The notes: a model not told the origin generated them from the sequence alone. Positions 1 through 8,547 are shown, numbered from the stretch's first letter. The stretch: 32,000 nucleotides of DNA from Ruminococcus albus 7 = DSM 20455 (GCF_000179635.2 NC_014833.1:2100001-2132000); one strand, 5' to 3'. Numbers and translations are program-made.

Positions 1-1586
1 ATCCTCAGTTTATGAATGTCACTATAGATAATAAGAAGGTAATGTCGGAACTTGTCAGACATATTATTGAAGTTCACGGTGCAAATGATATAGCATTTCT
101 TTCCGGACCAAGGAGTAATCCTGAAGCGTTAGCAAGATATGAATCCTTCTGCGAGGTAATGGCTGATGCGGGCAAAACTGTTGACAAAGACAGGGTCATG
201 TTTGGCGAATTCCGTCCCACCGATGGAAAGATCATGGCAGAAAAGCTAATAAAATGCAAAAGAAAGCTTCCTGATGCGCTAGTGTGTGCTAATGACGCTA
301 CTGCGCTTTCAGCCTTAAAAGAATTTGAAGATAGCGGATACCGTGTTCCTGATGATATAATAATCACGGGTTTTGATAATATTTATAATGCACGTCATTG
401 TTATCCTGCACTTACTACGATAGACAGACCCCTCAGCGAGGCAGGATATACTGCTTGTGAGATACTTGTTAATGCGATAGAAGGGAAGTCATGGGAAAAA
501 GTCAGGAACCTTGAAGCTAAGCTTGTTATATCAGAAAGCTGTGGCTGTGTTTCAAAACAGCTTTCTGATATTGATGTTTTCAGGAAGAATACTTATAATA
601 TCATAGATTATAACAGATCCAAGGTTCGTTTACTTAACAGTATGATATCAGAGACTGCTGAAGCTGAAACACTAGAAGAATGCATGAGGATAATCGGAGA
701 TAATATCAGCAGTATTGATTGTGACAGATTCTGTATATGTCTTTGTGATGATTGGATCAGTTCATATTCTGTAAAGCTTGAAGATTCGTTTATACATGGT
801 TATACACCTAAGATGTCTGCACCGCTGATATGGAATAAAGGTGAGATATCTGAGGTCAAATGCTTCAGAAGTTCTAATATGGCACCAAGGCATTTTAAGA
901 CAGGTGGAAATATCAGTTATTACCTTCCGCTCCATTTCCGCGAGAGATGCCTGGGATATGCCATAATTTCAAACGGTAGTTTCCCAACTAAAAGTCTGGT
1001 ATGTCATTCGCTGATGATGAGTATCAGTCATAGCCTTGAGAATATCCGCAAGTTGATAAATCTCAATTGTGTCATAGAAGAACTTGATAAACTGTATGTG
1101 ATAGATCCTCTTTGTAATATTTACAACAGGAACGGCTTTATACGTGCGGCAGATCCATTTTTTAACGAATGCAGGATGCTTGGTCAGAAAATGCTGATAA
1201 GCTTTGTTGACATGGATAGGCTCAAATACATTAATGACAATTTTGGACACAGTGAGGGTGATTTTGCTTTACGGACATTGTCTTCTATCATAAGTGAATG
1301 CTGTGATGAAAGTATGATCTGTGCAAGATTTGGCGGTGATGAATTTATCATTATCGGTGTGGATGCTGAAGAAGAAGATATTGATAGGGTTGAATCCTCC
1401 ATACGTAAACGTATAGAGCAAACAAATAAAACTATCGATAAACCTTATACTGTTGAATGCAGTATAGGCTCACTTGTAACAAGGGTCGCAGATGATATGA
1501 CTCTTTTCAAAATGATCACTAAAGCTGATGAAGTTATGTACAAACAAAAAAAGCGCAAGAATTACTCGCGCTATCTCAGAAGATAA
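1..1586 (+). CDS. Sensor diguanylate cyclase: LacI/PBP1-type ligand-binding domain + central GAF-like region + GGDEF domain (5' partial)
   Basis: ORF 12..1586, with no stop between nt 3 and 12. The N-terminus (VTIDNKK..IAFLSGP..VCANDATAL..ITGFDNI..TTIDRP) matches the second half of LacI-family effector domains, so the gene probably starts upstream of the window. Intact RFGGDEFIIIG signature near the C-terminus. Confidence 0.8.
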   Translation, partial: PQFMNVTIDNKKVMSELVRHIIEVHGANDIAFLSGPRSNPEALARYESFCEVMADAGKTVDKDRVMFGEFRPTDGKIMAEKLIKCKRKLPDALVCANDATALSALKEFEDSGYRVPDDIIITGFDNIYNARHCYPALTTIDRPLSEAGYTACEILVNAIEGKSWEKVRNLEAKLVISESCGCVSKQLSDIDVFRKNTYNIIDYNRSKVRLLNSMISETAEAETLEECMRIIGDNISSIDCDRFCICLCDDWISSYSVKLEDSFIHGYTPKMSAPLIWNKGEISEVKCFRSSNMAPRHFKTGGNISYYLPLHFRERCLGYAIISNGSFPTKSLVCHSLMMSISHSLENIRKLINLNCVIEELDKLYVIDPLCNIYNRNGFIRAADPFFNECRMLGQKMLISFVDMDRLKYINDNFGHSEGDFALRTLSSIISECCDESMICARFGGDEFIIIGVDAEEEDIDRVESSIRKRIEQTNKTIDKPYTVECSIGSLVTRVADDMTLFKMITKADEVMYKQKKRKNYSRYLRR

Positions 1587-1590
1587 TAAT

Positions 1591-1623
1591 AAGACCCGAA
1601 GAACATAATGCTTTTCGGGTCTT
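1591..1623. terminator. Bidirectional hairpin terminator between convergent genes
   Basis: AAGACCCGAA (1591-1600) pairs with TTCGGGTCTT (1614-1623) across a 13-nt loop. T/A-rich flanks on both strands. Confidence 0.75.
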
Positions 1624-1629
1624 TAAATG

Positions 1630-2037
1630 TTATTTGTTTTTGTGAAAGCCAACTATCTTTACAACTGCAAGTGGTTTACCTGCTCCATCATTTACTTTAA
1701 CAATGTAGGTGCAAACAGATCTGCCATCCTTTACAAGCTCTGTTTCTGCATAGATCTTTTCTGTAGAAGGAACTCCAATAAATGAAATATCCGAGTTCAG
1801 TGAAACTGTACCTGGTTCCTGCCAGTTAGAAGCTACTGCAAAAGCAAAATCAGCAATTGTAAAATAAACACCGCCCATTATACCTCCGACAGCATTCTTA
1901 TGACGCTCTGTCAGCATAAGGCTTACTTTTGCATATCTGTCAGCAACTTCCTCTATATATGCACCGGTATCATAGGCATAAAGATCATGGCTGAAATATT
2001 CTCTTATATCATCTATATTTTTCATGGTCAGTTCCAT
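1630..2037 (-). CDS. PaaI/hotdog-fold acyl-CoA thioesterase
   Basis: 135 aa. GGIMGGVYFTIADFAFAVA motif and length are typical of the PaaI/YbgC-like thioesterase superfamily. Alternative start at 2025 (MKNIDD). Overlaps the stop of the upstream gene. Confidence 0.7.
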   Translation of the reverse strand: MELTMKNIDDIREYFSHDLYAYDTGAYIEEVADRYAKVSLMLTERHKNAVGGIMGGVYFTIADFAFAVASNWQEPGTVSLNSDISFIGVPSTEKIYAETELVKDGRSVCTYIVKVNDGAGKPLAVVKIVGFHKNK

Positions 2038-2849
2038 TTCTCTATAAGATAGCTTGCTATATACTCCAGCCCTCCGGCATTGAGGTTCGGATTTTCCAAG
2101 CTGAATCTTGTTTCTATTCCGTTAGCTTCGGCACAAAGACCGAAATGGCATAAAGCGATTCCCATATCGATCTTCTGCATATCCCATCCTGTCTTATCGA
2201 TATAACCTTTGTCATGTCTGAGATAAAAATGAGCGCCGCTTTCATTTATAATAACTCTCCAGGGCTGTCTGTTCACAGCTGAGGGTGCAAGCCTTACTGC
2301 TTCCAGTATCTCGGTGAGTTCGGGATATCTGCCTTCACTGAGTGGTGTGCCGGCACTTCCGTCAAAAAAGAGCTCCTCAAAATTTTTACGACTGTCAGCT
2401 TTGATGCCTTTGCGCATCATTATCTCTCTGAGTGAGCGTTTATCCGCAGGGGTACCTATAGGAGTAACGCAGGGCATTACCTCTCCGTCTGCAATCTCCA
2501 TAGCATCCTCAAATGCTTTTCTGTCCATAGTGCCGCCTATCCATGTAGTACCCAGCCCCAGTGATTGGATGTAGAGCACAAGCTGTTCAAAATAGTAACC
2601 GAAAGCTTCCTCTGCATGATCAGCACGCTTCATCTTTCCGCCGATATAAGTGTCAGTACCAACAATAACAGGGCTTGACAGACCATGTACACCATTATCC
2701 AGAATACGTATCTCTATATCCTGTTCGTACGGGGTTTTTATACTATGTGCGTAACTGAGTATATCTTCTCGCACTGAAGGTGTTATTTCACTGCCGTCAA
2801 AGGTCCTGACGCTTTTACGCTCATTTATCAATTCGAAAACATTGTTCAT
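2028..2849 (-). CDS. Nitroreductase-family protein (TM1586-like long form)
   Basis: NERKSVRTF near the N-terminus and [13 protein letters not shown] near the C-terminus. Start moved to the ATG at 2849 because GAGGAG lies 7 nt upstream. Overlaps the GH5 gene 3' end by 29 nt. Confidence 0.7.
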
Positions 2850-3759
2850 TTGTATTCTCCTCATCTGCAAATGCCTCAAACCAGCCTTTTATTATTTTGC
2901 CCGATGTTTTTATATCTTCATCCGTCCAGCCTGAAAGCTTTGTACAATTTTGGGTAAAAACGCCGCAGGTATCTCCACTGTTTGAAAGGCACCAGCTTAT
3001 GCAGCTCAGCCCGAGTCTGTCTATTACCTCATACCATGCATTTGCTTCATCTATATCGATATCGCCCTTACCGCTAGCTTCACACAGATTGAATTCATTG
3101 ATAAAAACCGGAAGCCCGGCTTCAATACATCGTTCCAGTCTGCTGCGCAGTGTACCCTTGTGTGTAGCAGCATAGAAATGCAGAGAGTACATAACATTGT
3201 CCCATTTCAGCGGCTTTTCAAGCGCACAGTGTATGTCCTGCGACCACGTTGATGTTCCTGTGACAATAAGTGCATCGGGGGAGTTACTGCGGATTATCGG
3301 GATTATCCTGTCTGCATATTCTGTTATTTTATCCCATGTGCCGCTGCAGTTAGGTTCGTTACATATCTCGTATATAACGTTTGTTTTATTGGCGAACCTC
3401 TTTGACATATCACTGAAAAACTCTTCAGCTTCATCAATATATTTCATCGGATCCTGATCACACAGAACGTGCCAGTCTACTATTACATACATATCCAGTT
3501 TTTCTGCAATAACAACGCCTTTCTCGATCAGCTCTTTCAGATGCTGTTTGTTGCCGTCCTTGCAGTACCCTCTGAATTCGTCTGTGTACATTGCTATCCT
3601 TATACAGTTTGTACGCCAGTCTTTTTTTAGGGCATTGAATGATTCTTCACAAATATATTCCGGATACCAGGCTATACCGTGAGTTGATAACCCGAAAAGT
3701 CTTACTGGTTTCTCACCGGCTGTCAGTTTTCCATTTATTACTTTAAGTTTATCCAACAT
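2821..3759 (-). CDS. GH5 endoglucanase/cellodextrinase catalytic domain only; no signal peptide
   Basis: 312 aa. [13 protein letters not shown], acid/base motif YEICNEPN and nucleophile motif FINEFN. AAGGAG RBS 8 nt upstream. The catalytic domain starts at about residue 5, with no leader, CBM or dockerin. Confidence 0.85.
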
Positions 3760-3878
3760 AGTATCAGCTCCTTTTGAGTGCCTAATGCTACATTATCCTA
3801 TATATTTCCATTTTAATTATAAAGTAATAATATGGATTTTTTCTACAAAAAATATAAATTTAATATGACCATGGACAG

Positions 3879-3907
3879 TTGCTTATTATTTTCTTTTATG
3901 GTATAAT
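3879..3907 (+). promoter_or_regulatory. sigmaA-type promoter TTGCTT-17-TATAAT for the TfoX-N gene
   Basis: -35 at 3879-3884, 17-nt spacer, -10 at 3902-3907 preceded by TGG. Confidence 0.55.
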
Positions 3908-3959
3908 CGTATAACAGATATTAATTGACATTCAGATAAAAAACGGGAGGGATGAGGTA

Positions 3960-4280
3960 ATGTCTTCAAGCAAGGAATACCTGAATTATGTTCTGGAACA
4001 GCTTTCAGAAACTAATGATATATCATTTCGTTCAATGATGGGGGAGTTCATAATATACTGCAGGGGCAGAGTAGTCGGAGGGATATATGATGACCGATTT
4101 CTCATAAAGCCAACTTCTTCTGCGAAAAATCTTCTTGCAGACTCTTTAAAAGAAATCCCCTATGAGGGAGCTAAGGAAATGTTACTTGTTGATATCATGG
4201 ATGATAAGGAGCGTCTTAAAGTACTGATCGAAGCCGTTGCCGAAGACCTCTCTCATACTAAAGCAAAGGTCAAAAAGTGA
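3960..4280 (+). CDS. TfoX N-terminal-domain protein
   Basis: 106 aa. FRSMMGEFIIYCRGRVVGGIYDDRFLIKP matches the TfoX_N pattern (MFGg..ly..g..f..i.dd.LylK). Strong GGGAGG RBS. Confidence 0.65.
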   Translation: MSSSKEYLNYVLEQLSETNDISFRSMMGEFIIYCRGRVVGGIYDDRFLIKPTSSAKNLLADSLKEIPYEGAKEMLLVDIMDDKERLKVLIEAVAEDLSHTKAKVKK

Positions 4281-4344
4281 TGATATAGATCATTGATTCA
4301 GAATTGGTCCCAGCAAATCAATTATAAAATAGTCAAATTTCCTA

Positions 4345-4373
4345 TTGACGAAAACACCAAACTATGTTATAAT
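4345..4373 (+). promoter_or_regulatory. sigmaA-type promoter TTGACG-17-TATAAT (extended TGt) for glgA
   Basis: -35 at 4345-4350, 17-nt spacer, -10 at 4368-4373 with TG at 4365-4366. Confidence 0.65.
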
Positions 4374-4457
4374 TAACTATAAAGGATTGTATAATTTCTC
4401 AAATTTGATTATCTGATCAATTTATATAAATATCAGTAAAAGGAAGGGATAAATGCT

Positions 4458-5903
4458 ATGAAAAAAGTACTTTTTGCAGCTTCGGAAGTAGTTCCTTTTA
4501 TCAAGACAGGCGGCTTGGCAGATGTCGTTGGTTCTTTGCCAAAGTGCTTTGATAAACAGTACTATGATGTTCGCGTTATACTGCCTAAATATGCCTGCAT
4601 GGCACAGAAGTGGAAGGATAAGCTGGAGTACATAACTAACTTTTATATGGATTTTGCAGGACAGAGCAGATATGTTGGCCTGTTGAAGATGGTCTATGAC
4701 GGTGTTACTTTCTATTTCATAGATAACGAATATTATTTCAGCGGCGAAAAGCCCTATGGTGACTGGCATTGGGATATTGAGAAATTCATGTATTTTGACA
4801 GAGCTGTGCTTTCAGCACTGCCCGTGCTTGATTTCAGACCTGATGTGATCCATTGTCATGACTGGCAGACAGGTCTTATACCTGTATATCTACACGATTC
4901 TTTCTGGGGCGGTGAATTCTTCCGCGGAATAAAGACAGTTATGACTATACACAACCTCAAATTCCAGGGTAACGATAATGCAGCCAGATTTATGGCACTT
5001 TCAGGTCTGTCATCATATTATATGACTTATGATAAGCTCCTGAAGGATGTTGATGGCAATATGCTCAAGGGCGGTCTTGTATATGCTGATGCTATAACCA
5101 CTGTATCTGATTCCTATGCTGAGGAGATCAAGACTCAGTTTTATGGTGAGGGTCTTGACGGCCTTATGAGAGCCAGGAAAAATGACCTGCGCGGTATAGT
5201 TAATGGTATCGACTATGCAGAATATGATCCTGCAACGGATAAGATGATAACCTGCAATTATGATATCAATAATGTCTATGACAAGAAAATCGAAAATAAG
5301 CGTGCTTTACAGACTGAGCTCGGACTTACCCGTGATGATAATAAGTTCATGATAGGTATTGTCAGCAGACTTACCGATCAGAAAGGCTTTGATCTTATCG
5401 CATACATGATGGATAAACTGTGTCAGCAGGATATCCAGATAGTTGTACTCGGAACAGGTGATGAGAAATATGAGGAGATGTTCAGATATTTTGCGTGGAA
5501 GTATCCTGACAAGGTATCTGCTAACCTCTATTACAGTGAGGCTATGAGCCACAAGATTTACGCTGCTTGTGACGCTTTCCTCATGCCGTCACTTTTTGAA
5601 CCATGCGGTCTATCACAGCTTATGTCTCTGAGATACGGCACTCTGCCTATCGTTCGTGAAACAGGCGGTCTTCGCGATACCGTTCAGCCTTATAATCAGT
5701 TTGACAAAACCGGTACAGGTTTCAGTTTTTCAAATTATAATGCACATGAAATGTTTAATACTGTTATGTTTGCACATTACATTTATGTTGACAGACGTGA
5801 TGAATGGAACAGCATAATACATCAGGCTATGTCAAAAGATTTCTCGTGGCAGGCTTCTGCAAGAAAATATCAGGATATGTATGACTGGCTGACAGGTATT
5901 TGA
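4458..5903 (+). CDS. glgA: Glycogen (starch) synthase
   Basis: 481 aa. N-terminal KTGGLADVVGSLPK ADP-glucose motif and a GT5-type C-terminal half (PSLFEPCGLSQL..VRETGGLRDTV). Confidence 0.95.
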   Translation: MKKVLFAASEVVPFIKTGGLADVVGSLPKCFDKQYYDVRVILPKYACMAQKWKDKLEYITNFYMDFAGQSRYVGLLKMVYDGVTFYFIDNEYYFSGEKPYGDWHWDIEKFMYFDRAVLSALPVLDFRPDVIHCHDWQTGLIPVYLHDSFWGGEFFRGIKTVMTIHNLKFQGNDNAARFMALSGLSSYYMTYDKLLKDVDGNMLKGGLVYADAITTVSDSYAEEIKTQFYGEGLDGLMRARKNDLRGIVNGIDYAEYDPATDKMITCNYDINNVYDKKIENKRALQTELGLTRDDNKFMIGIVSRLTDQKGFDLIAYMMDKLCQQDIQIVVLGTGDEKYEEMFRYFAWKYPDKVSANLYYSEAMSHKIYAACDAFLMPSLFEPCGLSQLMSLRYGTLPIVRETGGLRDTVQPYNQFDKTGTGFSFSNYNAHEMFNTVMFAHYIYVDRRDEWNSIIHQAMSKDFSWQASARKYQDMYDWLTGI

Positions 5904-5974
5904 TAAACTAAATCGGGTTGTTGCATTTTAGAAAATCCTCGGAAGAATAAACTTCGTTTTCTTCGCTTGGTGGT

Positions 5975-6034
5975 TTAATATTTACGCAATAAAAAAAGAA
6001 GAGCTATCGCAAAGGCTTTTTTCATTATTTTCAT
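5975..6034 (-). CDS. 19-aa signal-peptide-like micro-ORF (MKIMKKAFAIALLFLLRKY); coding status uncertain
   Basis: Hand-translated. AAGGAGG RBS 5 nt upstream of the ATG at 6034; the RBS overlaps the TAA stop of the upstream ORF. The product looks like the n- and h-regions of a signal peptide that terminates early. Confidence 0.25.
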   Translation of the reverse strand: MKIMKKAFAIALLFLLRKY

Positions 6035-6044
6035 GCCATCCTCC

Positions 6045-6404
6045 TTAATAATCGTATTTCTTACAGGTTTCTAAGGCTTTCTCTTTTGCCGTTTTAACAT
6101 AGTTAAGCACTTCATTTTGTTTTAAGATTTTTCTTGCAAAAGGAAAATCAAAGCCTTCATTCTTCTCGTAGTATTCAAGAAAACTATCTATTAAATCAAT
6201 TAACTCATGGTCTGAGGATGGAACTGATTTGAAAATTGAATTCCAGTCATCTAATACTGCTGGATCAACAGGAGTTCCATCGGTAAGCATATCAGGATCC
6301 ATGGTACCAAGCAAAAGACCCAAATCATCATTTTTCATCATTAATTCACGGTTTGAAAAGAAGCAATAATCTAAAACATAAAAGCATATTAAAAAATAAT
6401 ACAT
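6045..6404 (-). CDS. Hypothetical small acidic protein with hydrophobic N-terminus
   Basis: The ORF track gives 6045..6533. I prefer the ATG at 6404 (MYYFLICFYVLDY...) because GAAGGTGA lies 5 nt upstream, whereas the 6533 ATG has no RBS. No family recognised. Confidence 0.45.
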   Translation of the reverse strand: MYYFLICFYVLDYCFFSNRELMMKNDDLGLLLGTMDPDMLTDGTPVDPAVLDDWNSIFKSVPSSDHELIDLIDSFLEYYEKNEGFDFPFARKILKQNEVLNYVKTAKEKALETCKKYDY

Positions 6405-6722
6405 AAAAATCACCTTCACTTTCTTGGCGGTTATAATACGTGTTTGGTTTGATCCCATTTTTCTTTGCACCATTCCTGCAGGCGTACTTCCTGCTTTATT
6501 GTTGTGATGCTTGTCTTTTTTGACTGCATACATTTACCCACTGTCTAATAAACTCCAATGAACTACATGGATCAATTTGGAATGTCCAATTTACTTCATG
6601 GTGTTCCTTGGAGTTTATTATACTTTATTAGACTTCGGTGGGGTAGGTGCTGGGGGTTATACGCTTACGAATAAAGTCCAAATAAGGTTCGAAGGTTCTA
6701 AACTGTTCTACAATAAATTTAT

Positions 6723-6762
6723 GACAAAACCTCCCATGGCTATACATAGGAGGTCTTTTGTC
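6723..6762 (-). terminator. Hairpin downstream of the double-CxxC gene
   Basis: GACAAAACCTCC (6723-6734) pairs with GGAGGTCTTTTGTC (6749-6762) with a 2-nt bulge. A/T-rich flank. Confidence 0.4.
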
Positions 6763-6809
6763 ATTGTTTTAACAGAACAGTTTGCTTTCCTTCGCAGGGG
6801 ATAAAACAA

Positions 6810-7520
6810 TCAATCGTTACTCTTATCAAGCTGTTCGTTAAGTTCCTGTTCAGTCAACACACCGTATTTAAGCCAAGCTTCAATGAGTTCGGGATAGGCA
6901 ACTCCTTTTTTTATCCTTCTTATAGCATGCTCTTTAGTTATCTTTGCATCGTATATGTATTCTGTTAACGGAACAAACCTGAGATTAGTCAGCTTGCTTT
7001 TTACAAGTACGTTTTTAACTTGTTCTGAAACAATAGGAATATTGTACAAACTGTCAAACGCAAACAAGTCACTGCCATCGTATGCATCAGGAGCAAAAGA
7101 AACGCCAGTTGCAATAAGTCCAATACTATCCATTTTGTATTTGCATTTTTTGCAATAAGGAAAAGGTTCACCATTCATATCACATATAGGTCCACATCTG
7201 CCTGTAACCGTTAGGCTATAATATTTCTCTTTTATCGGGTCACCTATCTTTGTAACTGTTCCACGGCGTGGTGCAGTCTCACTGACTTCATAACCTGTGA
7301 ATCCATTTTCCCTAAGAATATTCAAAAATTTTTCAGATATAACGGGCATACCGATATAGGTATAATAATCATAAAGCTTTCCCATTATCTTGAATTTAAA
7401 TATGCCTTTGTATCTTATGTGTATAGCACCGCAGTTATCGCAGATTTCTCTGTCATAATCGTTAGCACAATCTATCGCCTGATTTCTTGAATTATGATTG
7501 TCACACAAAAAATAATACAT
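6810..7520 (-). CDS. Double-CxxC zinc-ribbon protein, Imm11 / double-CXXCG-like (candidate orphan polymorphic-toxin immunity protein)
   Basis: 236 aa. Cys at 6, 18, 27-30 (CDNCG), 109-113 and 123-126 (CKKC). The C-terminal AYDGSDLFAF..VSEQVKNVL..LTNLRFVPL resembles my recollection of the Imm11/DUF1629 and TIGR02264 pattern. Perfect AGGAGG RBS 7 nt upstream. Confidence 0.45.
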   Translation of the reverse strand: MYYFLCDNHNSRNQAIDCANDYDREICDNCGAIHIRYKGIFKFKIMGKLYDYYTYIGMPVISEKFLNILRENGFTGYEVSETAPRRGTVTKIGDPIKEKYYSLTVTGRCGPICDMNGEPFPYCKKCKYKMDSIGLIATGVSFAPDAYDGSDLFAFDSLYNIPIVSEQVKNVLVKSKLTNLRFVPLTEYIYDAKITKEHAIRRIKKGVAYPELIEAWLKYGVLTEQELNEQLDKSND

Positions 7521-7555
7521 AAGTTAACCTCCTGCTTTTACAGCTCTGTATTCGG

Positions 7556-7699
7556 TTATTTTAAATTCTTCCGCCATATCATCAAGAAATACTTCAATCA
7601 TTTCTTTGGTAGCATTTGGAAACTCGTCAATATACTCATCCCATACTGCATCCCAGGTTTTACCTGCGTAGCTTGAGTTGATCGTTGCAACATCTTCAT
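7556..7699 (-). CDS. 47-aa acidic micro-ORF (MKMLQRFNSSYAGKTWDAVWDEYIDEFPNATKEMIEVFLDDMAEEFK); possibly a gene remnant
   Basis: Hand-translated and below the ORF-track size cutoff. No convincing RBS. An ungapped alignment of W..P...E.I......E to WNSIFKSVPSSDHELIDLIDSFLEYYEK of the 6045..6404 product suggests a truncated paralog. Confidence 0.2.
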
Positions 7700-7834
7700 A
7701 ATTCCAAAAAAGCCAGGATCTGTTTTCGCTTTAGCAACTCATATTGCTGCAGGCGACAGACAGTCTTGACTCTGATATCATTATAAATCATATTAACAAT
7801 ATTGTTAAGTCAATTGATGCAATAAAGATAATGA

Positions 7835-7907
7835 AAATAATAAAAGCCAATGCACATCCGGTGTGCTCGGACTACGATCATCCGAGGGCTTAGATGTTCT
7901 TGACTTC
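7835..7907 (-). ncRNA. Candidate ~70-nt small RNA or 5' attenuator
   Basis: Starts about 7 nt after a perfect consensus promoter. Minus-strand sequence is AAGCC[CUCGGA-ugaucguag-UCCGAG][CACA-ccgga-UGUG]cauuGGCUU followed by UUUAUUAUUUU. It is GC-rich within an AT-rich spacer. Confidence 0.3.
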
Positions 7908-7913
7908 GGTATT

Positions 7914-7942
7914 ATTATACATCATAATTCTTAAAATGTCAA
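7914..7942 (-). promoter_or_regulatory. Perfect consensus sigmaA promoter TTGACA-17-TATAAT (minus strand)
   Basis: The reverse complement of 7911-7945 reads atcTTGACAttttaagaattatgatgTATAATaat. -35 at 7942..7937, -10 at 7919..7914. Confidence 0.7.
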
Positions 7943-7955
7943 GATATATAGCAAA

Positions 7956-7986
7956 GAAAAAGGAGCTGCAACAGCCCCTTTTTTAT
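7956..7986 (-). terminator. Rho-independent terminator of nrdD-GNAT-nrdG
   Basis: Minus strand reads AAAAAAGGGGCUG-uug-CAGCUCCUUUUUCUUU: a 7-bp stem with one G-U pair, flanked by A and U runs, about 30 nt after the nrdG stop. Confidence 0.75.
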
Positions 7987-8018
7987 ATCGGATTATCATA
8001 AAACCAACAGTGATGTTA

Positions 8019-8543
8019 TCAGTCGAGATCTATGGTGATAGTTTTGCCTGTTTTCAGAGTGGATTTCAGATCGATGATCCGCTGATTATCCGAACCACGG
8101 AAACCCAGTGATATATTTCTTTTTGCAAGAATAAATCTGCCGTCAACCAGTACATCGATCATTGAAAGCATTTCGTCGGTACATTCACATCGCCACGGAC
8201 TTTCGTGAAGAAGCTCATCTTCTAGCACACAACCGGTGTAGCACCATATACTTTTCTCGGGATACTTTTCTTTGACCCTTCGCATAAAAGGTGCTAAAAC
8301 TCGCTGATTTTCCGGTTCCATAGGTTCACCTCCCAGCAGAGTAAGTCCGTCGATATATTCACAAGAAAGCATTTCCAGTAATTGATCTTCGGTTTCCTCG
8401 GTAAATGGTTTTCCGTAATCAAAATCCCATGTCATAGCATTGAAACAGCCCTCGCAGTGGTGCCTGCATCCCGAGACGAACAGGCTGACTCTTACACCTA
8501 TGCCGTCCGCGATATCGCAGTTTTTTATTTCTCCGTAGTACAT
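8019..8543 (-). CDS. nrdG: Anaerobic ribonucleoside-triphosphate reductase activating protein (radical SAM)
   Basis: The CRHHCEGCFN radical-SAM CxxxCxxC cluster lies close to the N-terminus, with typical NrdG length. Start set at MYYGEIKNCD (8543), 5 nt after the GNAT stop. The ORF-track start at 8594 would overlap the GNAT gene. Confidence 0.9.
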   Translation of the reverse strand: MYYGEIKNCDIADGIGVRVSLFVSGCRHHCEGCFNAMTWDFDYGKPFTEETEDQLLEMLSCEYIDGLTLLGGEPMEPENQRVLAPFMRRVKEKYPEKSIWCYTGCVLEDELLHESPWRCECTDEMLSMIDVLVDGRFILAKRNISLGFRGSDNQRIIDLKSTLKTGKTITIDLD

Positions 8544-8547
8544 TTGC

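Noticed and set aside
4422-4769. 115-aa minus-strand ORF across the glgA start
   Set aside because: It is antisense to glgA and spans the glgA promoter and RBS. It has no supporting signals.
6389-6404. 16-nt identity (ttATGTATTATTTTTT) between the starts of the 6404 ORF and the 7520 ORF, both encoding MYYFL
   Set aside because: The match is short, AT-rich and T-run-rich, so a chance match within 32 kb is plausible. The identity does not extend on either side, so it is not evidence of cassette recombination.
6405-6533. N-terminal extension of the 6045 ORF (MYAVKKDKHHNNKAG...)
   Set aside because: There is no RBS at 6533, and a stop lies 4 codons upstream. The internal ATG at 6404 has GAAGGTGA at the correct spacing. 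The extension could still be a remnant of another gene.
6640-6705. GC-rich patch with GGTTCGAAGG, reminiscent of a tRNA T-arm
   Set aside because: I could not fold an acceptor stem, anticodon arm or D-arm around it. It lacks the full GGTTCGAATCC context.
6577-6804. 75-aa plus-strand ORF between the two islet genes
   Set aside because: It runs through the hairpin terminator of the minus-strand gene. It has no RBS and is probably intergenic.
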